A stretch of DNA of 64,000 nt from Ylistrum balloti (Eukaryota). Positions 14,201 through 25,433 of the stretch are shown here, piece by piece (within the stretch, counting starts at the first letter, position 1; each line of letters begins with the position of its first letter). The translations under genes were made by a program, and so were the position numbers. The stretch is taken from positions 62,001-126,000 of the forward strand of contig NW_026781985.1 of NCBI RefSeq assembly GCF_031769215.1, given 5' to 3'. The notes under the pieces were generated by a model. That model searched no databases and was not told where the DNA came from. It saw only the letters and a list, made by a program, of their open reading frames with translations.

Positions 14201-17200
14201 AGTTCATCACGGTAGAGGAGAGATGTATCATGGTACAGTAATGTTCATCACGGTAGAGGAGAGATGTATCATGGTACATTAAAGTTCATCACGGTAGAGG
14301 AGAGATGTATCATGGTAGAGTAATGTTCATCACGGTAGAGGAGAGACGTATCATGGTACATTAAAGTTCATCACGGTAGAGGAGAGATGTATCATGGTAC
14401 AGTAATGTTCATCACGGTAGAGGAGAGATGTATCATGGTACATTAAAGTTCATCACGGTAGAGGAGAGATGTATCATGGTAGAGTAATGTTCATCACGGT
14501 AGAGGAGAGACGTATCATGGTACATTAAAGTTCATCACGGTAGAGGAGGGATGTATCATGGTAGTGTAATGTTCATCACGGTAGAGGAGAGATGTATCAT
14601 GGTACATTAAAGTTCATCACGGTAGAGGAGAGACGTATCATGGTACATTAAAGTTCATCACGGTAGAGGAGAGATGTATCATGGTAGTGTAATGTTCATC
14701 ACGGTAGAGGAGAGACGTATCATGGTACATTAAAGTTCAACACGGTAGAGGAGAGATGTATCATGGTAGTGTAATGTTCATCACGGTAGAGGAGAGATGT
14801 ATCATGGTACAGTAATGTTCATCACGGTAGAGGAGAGATGTATCATGGTAGTGTAATGTTCATCACGGTAGAGGAGAGATGTATCATGGTAGTGTAATGT
14901 TCATCACGGTAGAGGAGAGATGTATCATGGTACATTAAAGTTCATCACGGTAGAGGAGAGATGTATCATGGTAGAGTAATGTTCATCACGGTAGAGGAGA
15001 GACGTATCATGGTACATTAAAGTTCATCACGGTAGAGGAGAGATGTATCATGGTAGTGTAATGTTCATCACGGTAGAGGAGAGATGTATCATGGTACAGT
15101 AATGTTCATCACGGTAGAGGAGAGATGTATCATGGTACAGTAATGTTCATCACGGTAGAGGAGAGATGTATCATGGTAGAGTAATGTTCATCACGGTAGA
15201 GGAGAGACGTATCATGGTAGAGTAATGTTCATCACGGTAGAGGAGAGATGTATCATGGTAGTGTAATGTTCATCACGGTAGAGGAGAGACGTATCATGGT
15301 AGAGTAATGTTCATCACGGTAGAGGAGAGATGTATCATGGTAGTGTAATGTTCATCACGGTAGAGGAGAGACGTATCATGGTAGAGTAATGTTCATCACG
15401 GTAGAGGAGAGATGTATCATGGTAGTGTAATGTTCATCACGGTAGAGGAGAGATGTATCATGGTAGAGTAAAGTTCATCACGGTAGAGGAGAGATGTATC
15501 ATGGTACAGTAATGTTCATCACGGTAGAGGAGAGATGTATCATGGTACATTAAAGTTCATCACGGTAGAGGAGAGATGTATCATGGTAGAGTAATGTTCA
15601 TCACGGTAGAGGAGAGACGTATCATGGTACATTAAAGTTCATCACGGTAGAGGAGAGATGTATCATGGTACAGTAATGTTCATCACGGTAGAGGAGAGAT
15701 GTATCATGGTACATTAAAGTTCATCACGGTAGAGGAGAGATGTATCATGGTAGAGTAATGTTCATCACGGTAGAGGAGAGACGTATCATGGTACATTAAA
15801 GTTCATCACGGTAGAGGAGGGATGTATCATGGTAGAGTAATGTTCATCACGGTAGAGGAGAGATGTATCATGGTAGTGTAATGTTCATCACGGTAGAGGA
15901 GAGACGTATCATGGTACATTAAAGTTCATCACGGTAGAGGAGAGATGTATCATGGTAGTGTAATGTTCATCACGGTAGAGGAGAGACGTATCATGGTACA
16001 TTAAAGTTCAACACGGTAGAGGAGAGATGTATCATGGTAGTGTAATGTTCATCACGGTAGAGGAGAGATGTATCATGGTACAGTAATGTTCATCACGGTA
16101 GAGGAGAGATGTATCATGGTACATTAAAGTTCATCACGGTAGAGGACAGATGTATCATGGTAGAGTAATGTTCATCACGGTAGAGGAGAGACGTATCATG
16201 GTACATTAAAGTTCATCACGGTAGAGGAGAGATGTATCATGGTAGTGTAATGTTCATCACGGTAGAGGAGAGATGTATCATGGTACAGTAATGTTCATCA
16301 CGGTAGAGGAGAGATGTATCATGGTACAGTAATGTTCATCACGGTAGAGGAGAGATATCATGGTAGTGTAATGTTCATCACGGTAGAGGAGAGATGTATC
16401 ATGGTACAGTAATGTTCATCACGGTAGAGGAGAGATTATCATGGTAGTGTAATGTTCATCACGGTAGAGGAGAGATGTATCATGGTAGAAAGGAACGTGA
16501 ATCACGAAAGAGGAAAGTGTGTGATGGTGGAGGAGAGGTGTATCACGTTTAAGAAGAAAGTGTATCATGGTACAGTAATGTTCATCACGGTAGAGGAGAG
16601 ATGTATCATGGTAGTGTAATGTTCATCACGGTAGAGGAGAGATGTATCATGGTACAGTAATGTTCATCACGGTAGAGGAGAGATGTATCATGGTAGTGTA
16701 ATGTTCATCACGGTAGAGGAGAGATGTATCATGGTACAGTAATGTTCATCACAGTAGAGGCGAGTTGTATCATGTTGGAGAGGAAAGTGTATCACGGTAG
16801 AGGGGAAGTGCATCACAGTAGGAGTAGTGTTTATTACAGTTTTAGGATGGCGCCATACTTTTTCATGCGCGGAAGAATATATCAAACATTGTTTTTATTA
16901 TTTCAGTTAACGTTTAAACCATTTTATTGTGTATAAGTGACATCAATAAATTACAAAATCCATGTACAAACACAAATAAACATTCATTATGATTTATTTA
17001 TGAGTCTGTACATTTTTACTGATTTTGCATAAAATGGACTATTTTTTGCCGCGCACAACATCGTTGTATAATGAATGAGTAGTGTCTGGAAAAAGCATGG
17101 TCAACTTACCCATTTTATAGTTATCGTAAGTTTGCCATTGTTTTGGTTTATTTTTGCGATGAGAATGTTATAAACAGAATATTTAATAGTGTCTTCAGTA

Positions 17201-20200
17201 AAAGTAACAATTTGTTATATATATACTCGAAGTGGTGTATCAATAGGATGGTTGCATGGTGCATGGTAAAGGATGGCCACACATGGTGAGGAATATATTA
17301 AAGGAGTGGTTAGAGGAGTGGTATCATGGTAAAGGAGTGGTGCATCTATGGTAAAGGTGCATCATGGTATTACGGAGTGCATCATATAAAGGAGTGGGCA
17401 TCATGGTAAAGGAGTGGTGCATCATGGTAAAGGAGTGGTGTATCATGGTAGAGGAGTGGTGCATCATGGTAAAGGAGTGGTGCATCATATTAGAGGAGTG
17501 GTATATCATGATAAAGGAATGGTGCATCATGGTAAAGGAGTGGTGCATCATGGTAAAGGAGTGGTGCATCATATTAGAGGAGTGGTATATCATGGTAAAG
17601 GAATGGTGCATCATGGTAAAGGAGTGGTGCAGAGGAGTGTATTACGGTAAAGGAGTGGTGTATCATGGTAGAGGAGAGGTGCATCATGGTAAAGGAGTGG
17701 TGCATCATATTATAGGAGTGGTATATCATGGAAAAGAGTGGTGCATCATAGTAAAGGAATGGTGTATCATGGTAGAGGAGTGGTGAATCATGGTAAAGGA
17801 GTGGTGCATCATATTAGAGGAGTGGTATATCATGGTAAAGGAGTGGTGCATCATATTAGAGGAGTGGTATATCATGGTAAAGGAGTGGTGCATCATGGTA
17901 GAGGAGTGGTGTATCATGATAAAGGAATGGTGCATCATGGTAGAGGAGTGGTGTATCATGGTAAAGGAGTGGTGCATCATATTAAAGGAGTGGTATATCA
18001 TGGTAAAGGAGTGGTGCATCATGGTAAAGGAGTGGTGTATCATGGTAGAGGAGTGGTGCATCATGGTAAAGGAATGGTGCATCATATTAGAGGAGTGTAT
18101 TACGGTAAAGGAGTGGTGCATCATATTAGAGGAGTGGTATATCATGGTAAAGGAGTGGTGCATCATGGTAGAGGAGTGGTATATCATGGTAAAGGAGTGG
18201 TGTATCATGGTAAAGGAGTGGTGCATCATGGTAGAGGAGTGGTGTATCATGGTAGAGGAGTGGTGCATCATGGTAAAGGAGTGGTGCATCATATTAGAGG
18301 AGTGGTATATCATGGTAAAGGAGTGGTGCATCATGGCAGAGGAGTGGTGTATCATGGTAGAGGAGAGGTGCATCATGGTAAAGGAGTGGTGCATCATATT
18401 ATAGGAGTGGTATATCATGGTAAAGGAGTGGTGCATCATATAAGAGTAGTGGTATATCATGGTAAAGGAGTGGTGCATCATGGTAAAGGAGTGGTGCATC
18501 ATGGTAGAGGAGTGGTATATCATGGTAAAGGAGTGGTGCATCATATTAGAGGAGTGTATTACGGTAAAGGAGTGGTGCATCATATTAGAGGAGTGGTATA
18601 TCATGGTAAAGGAGTGGTGCATCATGGTAGAGGAGTGGTCATATCATGGTAAAGGAGTGGTGCATCATGGTAAAGGAGTGGTGCATCATGGTAAAGGAGT
18701 GGTATATCATGTGCATCATAAAGGAGTGGTGCATCATGGTAAAGAGGAGTGGTGCATCATGGTAGAGGAGTGGTATATCATGGTAAAGGAATGGTGCATC
18801 ATGGTAAAGGAGTGGTGCATCATGGTAGAGGAGTGGTGCATCATGGTAGAGGAGTGGTGCATCATGGTAGAGGAGTGGTGTATCATGGTAGAGGAGTGGT
18901 GCATCATGGTAAAGGAGTGGTGTATCATGGTAAAGGAGTGGTGCATCATGGTAAAGGAGTGGTGCATCATATTAGAGGAGTGGTATATCATGGTAAAGGA
19001 GTGGTGCATCATATTAGAGGAGTGGTATATCATGGTAAAGGAATGGTGCATCATGGTAAAGGAGTGGTGCATCATGGTAGAGGAGTGGTGTATCATGGTA
19101 GAGGAGTGGTGCATCATGGTAAAGGAGTGGTGCATCATATTATAGGAGTGGTATATCATGGAAAAGGAGTGGTATATCATGGTAAAGGAGTGGTGCATCA
19201 TACAAGAGTAGTGGTATATCATGGTAAAGGAGTGGTGCATCATGGTAAAGGAGTGGTGCATCATGGTAGAGGAGTGGTGCATCATGGTAGAGGAGTGGTG
19301 TATCATGGTAGAGGAGTGGTGCATCATGGTAAAGGAGTGGTGCATCATATTATAGGAGTGGTATATCATGGAAAAGGAGTGGTATATCATGGTAAAGGAG
19401 TGGTGCATCATGGTAAAGGAGTGGTGTATCATGGTAGTGGAGTGGTGCATCATGGTAGAGGAGTGGTGTATCATGGTAGAGGAGAGGTGCATCATGGTAA
19501 AGGAGTGGTGCATCATGGTAGAGGAGTGGTGTATCATGGTAAAGGAGTGGTGCATCATGGTAGAGGAGTGGTGTATCATGGTAAAGGAGTGGTGCATCAT
19601 GGTAGAGGAGTGGTGTATCATGGTAAAGGAGTGGTGCATCATATTAGAGGAGTGGTATATCATGGTAAAGGAATGGTGCATCATGGTAAAGGAGTGGTGC
19701 ATCATGGTAGAGGAGTGGTGTATCATGATAAAGGAATGGTGCATCATGGTATATCATGGTAAAGGAGTGGTGCATCATATTAGAGGAGTGGTATATCATG
19801 GTAAAGGAGTGGTGTATCATGGTAGAGGAGTGGTGCATCATGGTAAAGGAATGGTGCATCATGGTAAAAGAGTGGTGCATCATGGTAGAGGAGTGGTGTA
19901 TCATGATAAAGGAGAGTAAAGGGAGTGGTGTATCATGAGTAGTGGGTAGAGGATTGGTTTATCATGGTAAGGAGTGGGCATCATGGTAGAGGAGTGTATC
20001 ATGGTAGTGGGGAGATATATCATGGTGGAGGGGGTGTATCACAATAAAGCAGGGGTGTATCATGGTAGAGGGGAGTTTATCACGGTAGAGGGGGTGTATC
20101 AGGATAGAGGTGAGGTGTATCATGAAAAAAGGGAGGTGTATCACGGTAGTAGAGTAGTGTATCATGGTCGTGGGGTGTATATCACGGTAAGGGTGAGATG

Positions 20201-22547
20201 TATCATGGTAGAGGAGTAGTGTATCTCAACTGAGGGTTGTTGTGTCAGTGGAGAAGTAGTGTATCACAACAGAAGAGTGTTGAGGCATGGTAGGGAGGTA
20301 AGCGTATGACGGTAGAGGTGAGGTGTATCATGGTAGAGGTGAGGTGTATCACGGTAGAGCGGTATGTCACAGTAGAGGAGTAGTGTATCATGGCAGAGGA
20401 GTGGTGTATCAAAGTAAAATATGGGTGTATCACGGTATAGGAGAGGTATATCAAGGCAGATGTGTAACATGAAAGAGGAACGATCTGTCACTGTAGAGAG
20501 GAGGTGTATCACGGAAGAGTGGTATGTCACAGTAGAGAAGTAGTGTATCATGGTAAAGTAGGGGTTATCAAGGTAGAGGTGAGGTGTATCACGGCAGAGG
20601 TGAGGTGTGTCATGGTAAAGGTGAGGTATATCACGGTAGAGGTGAGGTGTATCATGGTAGAGGTGAGGTGTATCACGGTAGAGGTGAGGTGTATCACGGT
20701 AGAGGTGAGGTGTATCACGTAGAGGTGAGGTGTATCACAGTAGAGGTAAAGTGTATCACGGTAGAGCTGAGGCGTATCACGGTAAAGGGGAAGTGTAATA
20801 CGGTAGAGGTGAGGTGTATCACGGCAGAGGTGAGGTGTATCACGGTAGAGGCGAGATGTATCACGTAGAGGTGAGGTGTATCACGGTAGAGGTGAGCTGT
20901 ATCACGGTAAAAGGGGAGGTGTATCACGGTAGAGATGAGCTGTATCACGGTAAAAGGGGAGGTGTATCACGGTTGAGGTGAGCTGTATCATGGTAGAGGT
21001 GAGGTGTATCACGTAGAGGCGAGGTGTATCACGGTAGAGGTGAGGTGTATCACGGTAAAGGTGAGCTGTATCATGGTGGAGGTGAGGTGTATCACGGTAG
21101 AGGTGAGCTGTATCGTGGTAGAGGTGAGGTGTATCACGGTAGAGGCGAGATGTATCACGTAGAGGCGAGGTGTATCACGGTAGAAGTGAGGTGAGGTGTA
21201 TCACGGTAGAGGTTAGCTGTATCACGGTATAGGTGAGGTGTATCACGTAGAGGCGAGGTGTATCACGGTAGAGGTGAGGTGTATCACGTAGAGGCGAGGT
21301 ATATCACGGTAGAGGTGAGGTGTATCATGGTAGAGGTGAGGTGTATCACGGTAGAGGTGAGGTGTATCACGGTAGAGGTGAGGTGTATCACGTAGAGGCG
21401 AGGTGTATCACAGTAGAGGTAAAGTGTATCACGGTAGAGCTGAGGCGTATCACGGTAAAGGGGAAGTGTAATACGGTAGAGGTGAGGTGTATCACGGTAG
21501 AGGTGAGGTGTATCACGGTAGAGGCGAGATGTATCACGTAGAGGTGAGGTGTATCACGGTAGAGGTGAGCTGTATCACGGTAAAAGGGGAGGTGTATCAC
21601 GGTAGAGATGAGCTGTATCACGGTAAAAGGGGAGGTGTATCACGGTTGAGGTGAGCTGTATCATGGTAGAGGTGAGGTGTATCACGTAGAGGCGAGGTGT
21701 ATCACGGTAGAGTTGAGGTGTATCACGGTAAAGGTGAGCTGTATCATGGTGGAGGTGAGGTGTATCACGGTAGAGGTGAGCTGTATCGTGGTAGAGGTGA
21801 GGTGTATCACGGTAGAGGCGAGATGTATCACGTAGAGGCGAGGTGTATCACGGTAGAAGTGAGGTGAGGTGTATCACGGTAGAGGTTAGCTGTATCACGG
21901 TATAGGTGTGGTGTATCACGTAGAGGCGAGGTGTATCACGGTAGAGGTGAGGTGTATCACGTAGAGGCGAGGTGTATCACGGTAGAGATGAGGTGTAATA
22001 CGGTATAGGGGAGGCTTTGCCTTTATTCTTTCAACATTATGTTGATTTCCGAATAATATGTAGATAGCAAAGGTTTATATTTACATCACGTGATAACGAG
22101 TTAATACCTCCAAAGTCATGTAATGGGATCGGCATCGGTATGCTGACAGGGTGATGATTCAGATCGAACACCCCTTACTGAATATCTTACGTCATTCAGA
22201 GATTTAATGTCTAGACGTTATGCAATCGCACGATTTGTCGATGACAAATGTCATTCAGAGTGTTATGGAGGTCGCTACCAGATTTGCCACCTGTGGTACT
22301 GTTGACATGTGTACCTGTACGCTGTATGTGTGACAAAACACGGTCTTGTCTATGCGTGTAGGTATTTAGATATTCTTTCTTCAATCGAAAGCACGTTATA
22401 GAAAATCCAAACAGTAAATTAAATTGAATACAGCGAATAAACAAAATATTACGAACAGCTTACCTGTTACTCCAGACTTCCTGGTTTAAGACAGGTGTCA
22501 CAAGGGAAGTCACTCTCATTCAAAAACAAACTCCGCTTACCTTCCAT
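11239..22547 (-). CDS. Single-pass membrane protein with cytoplasmic PPxY motifs and an acidic tail (WBP1/VOPP1/CYYR1-like architecture), ~206 aa. Exons: 22547-22541 (tentative), 12125-11937, 11663-11239.
   Basis: Exons 12125-11937 and 11663-11239 join in phase 1 with good GT/AG sites. The product has a hydrophobic helix (GGVVGPIVGSVVVIAFIISLFCF), a stop-transfer RRRR, then LPPPY and LPPSY and a D/E-rich repeat. The candidate start exon ATG GAA G|gtaagc has the matching phase 1 but is less certain. Confidence 0.65.
13892..16830. repeat. Satellite array A: 41-bp unit (21+20 dimer) atcacggtagaggagagatgt-atcatggtagtgtaatgttc, ~70 units
   Basis: Period of 41 read directly (cacggtagag at 13921 and 13962); highly homogeneous, with a short degenerate interruption near 16490-16560. 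Confidence 0.97.
17300..19940. repeat. Satellite array B: 21-bp unit catcatggtaaaggagtggtg
   Basis: Direct reading; produces 7-aa-periodic ORFs in several frames. Confidence 0.97.
19940..22015. repeat. Satellite array C: 20-21-bp unit gtatcacggtagaggtgaggt, degenerate at its left end
   Basis: Direct reading; contains a 673-bp internal direct duplication. Confidence 0.95.
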
Positions 22548-24799
22548 TAAGTGGTCGACACTGCTGATTCACAGCGTGTACATTGCCATAATTTTGAAAA
22601 ACATATATCGGGAATTTAATATTTAATATTCGTGTTTATATGTGACCTCTTGTAACACACTCTGTGTGTCTGAGCGTACAATAAAATCTGAAATCTGAAA
22701 TCTGGAATCAGGGATAACGAGACGTTTGAAGGATAGATACCATACATTATCTATGAAAGAAAATGAATCAAAACAATTTGTTTTCTAAACTCGGCAGCTC
22801 TTATTAATTTGGCATGGGTTATGTTTTTTTTTTTTTTTTCTTATTTTGAGGGTGTGTTGTTTTTTTTTGGGGGGGGGGCGGGGGGTTGGGGGGGAGGGGT
22901 TTAGGGGAATGCTTTTTTGGGTTTTTTTCCAAACTGTATCGATATCTAATGAGATGATTCGGTAAGGCCGAACTTTGTTTGTACTCTTGATGATATTATT
23001 TAGATTGATACAGGATTTCATTTGAATACTTAGACACATGACAACGTGTAACAAGAGGCACGTAATAGTTGACCTTAGTAGACATGACAGGATGGACAGT
23101 GATCATACAGATAGTGCTTCAACAATACAATGTATGTATACTTGAGATGTATCAACACTACATCAACAACAAGGTGTGTTTAGTACATATTTCATATTCA
23201 GGCAAATACTAATGTTTTATGTTACTTACATACATAAATACTGATTATAGATATATCAACAAAAAACATAAATAACAAGAAAAGTGACGAAAATTGTATA
23301 AAAATATATAAGTTATCAAAGCAATGGATGCCAGGTATTAAAGAGAAATTATAAAACTCGATTACAGTACATGTATATTGACAATAGGTTCTTTCATTTC
23401 GCATTTGATCGATAGTAAGTTGGAATGTGCTTTCTTTCCAACATGTTTACATATTAGTTACTTATTTTTTTCTTTTCGCTTTCTTTTTAATTTTTTGACA
23501 TCAACAAACTTAAATGAGGAACTCTACATTCCAGGTATTTGTACGTAAACGTTATTTTGAACAAAAACTAGAAAACATTTTCATGATTAAAAATTCAGTC
23601 TTGAAAATCGATTACAAATATTCTATTGACGAGTTGGATGTCAAAAATATATATATATGTTAAAAATAAAATATAAGGTTTACATTTTTCAGCACTTCAT
23701 CCGTAGTACTAGAGATAGTTCAACTTGAAACGAGGAAAGTCCAGCGGGCGTCACATTTGACAACATTCGTGGCTTGTTGTTAATTTTACAAAATTTGATA
23801 GTTTGAAAACATGTGTAGACATATTTTGTATAAATATAATTAATAATGTCAATTATATCTGACGTAAAATATGAATAATACTCAAATTGATTTTTTTATT
23901 TTATTGGTCATTTTTATGTAAATAAAATAAACGGGAAATTACTGCTCCTGATGTATTAGGGCTGTTTTTTCTCAACAAAACGTGAATTTTATTTACCAAG
24001 TTTATTAAGACAATGAGAATATCATGTCTGATGACCACCGCTCACTCACCAGCTGTAATCAACACTATTGTCAATCTGTAATAGAGTTATCACGGGTAGC
24101 GTGCGACCCTAACGGATCAATTGGATCCAATTAACAACCAATTAACACCATAGAAATTCGTTATCGATTTTAACACGTTGATAGATCATCGATCACCAAT
24201 ATTGATCACCTATTATCACGATAACTTGTTGATCACGAGGCTGTTGTACCGACCGTATATTCTCTGTTACGTGTCAAGACGTTGAAAGATAACAGTTTAT
24301 TTTTAAATAATATAAATGCGAATTGTTCTTAGTAATCAGACATTTTATTTTTAAAAAAAAGATGACGTCTAATATATTAAAAAAATGACGTCATCAATTT
24401 TATTTTAAAAGCAGTAATGTTGGCCTTTTGTTTCGTATATTTGCTGACAAGTATCTCTACAAATTTGTTTAATATATACAATTATCGAAAAGACTAATGG
24501 TCATTAATTTTTTTTCTTAACATTTAGGATTATCTTTAAATTCACCTTCAAATAATATTTTGAATGAAATAAAATACATGAAAAGAGAATTTTTTTTCTT
24601 CTGTTTTTAAATTTCTTTCTTTCACATAACACTTGTAATTATGTATATTAAATGACACCATATGGTCAGTACCATTTTTATTACTTTAATACATTTCAGA
24701 ATATAAGTTTTAATGTTGAATTAAATCAAACGTTTCTGTATTTAACCTGTATATACATCTGCCTCGTTAAGATAAACAACAACTGGTACAGCTCGTTGT

Positions 24800-25050
24800 T
24801 TACCTTTGAAGTCACAGATGAATGTTTATAAAAGTAATCAAGGGTTTAAAGTCTGTTGAACTTTTCAGTCGATCACGTGACACAATAGGACATTGTTTAC
24901 ACGTTAAAGACAAGATGAGCAGAGTACCTATCCCCTGGCCCCCGGGACTGATTGGATGTGTCTCACGCGAGGAGAGCAGACACCTTGAGAAAGTCGACGG
25001 GCGCGGAGTAGATGTCGATTTCCCTGTGGCGTATAAGTACAATTCTCATC
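24800..25050 (+). promoter_or_regulatory. Putative promoter of cdc25 copy A
   Basis: CpG-rich stretch just upstream of the non-coding exon whose donor is gtaagt at 25161. It contains TTTGAA (24805, CHR-like), CACGTG (24874), inverted CCAAT (24951) and GGGCGCGG. The TSS cannot be determined from sequence alone. Confidence 0.55.
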
Positions 25051-25433
25051 AACATTGTCCTCTACATCATCGTTATATACAATCATTAGCTCTCATCGAA
25101 ATCCTGACTTGTTCTCCAACAACCTTCGCCTTCATCAAATCTGTACATCTGCTGTAAATCGTAAGTTCATTTTTGTGTAAGACACTTAAGATATTTTAAT
25201 GCGATCAAAATAATTGGTAAAAAAATGTTTGATGAATCTGTTAAAGGAGAAAAAAAATCATTATTCGTCTCATATTGACTAGTACGATAATGTATAATAA
25301 ATTCATCGTTTATATTTTATATTGTTTATCATATAAAACGAGCTTATTACACTTTAGTCGATCTTGTTAATTGATATGTCAGAATGTGTGACGTCACATT
25401 GAACAGTTGTCCTCTTGCCTTAATTCTCAGGTG

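Noticed and set aside
13892-22015. Tandem arrays as CRISPR or as real His/Met/Trp-rich genes
   Set aside because: No unique spacers and a eukaryotic context. The ORFs are open in several frames and on both strands simply because the 21-bp unit lacks stops, and there are no splice or start signals.
22207-22305. Short Cys-containing ORF (..KCHSECYGG..) resembling a furin-like repeat
   Set aside because: Only 32 aa, with no signal peptide or supporting splice structure.
24812-25157. ORFs over the cdc25 upstream region (and 34578-34931)
   Set aside because: They overlap the promoter and 5' UTR, and the frame is not preserved between the two copies (8-bp deletion).
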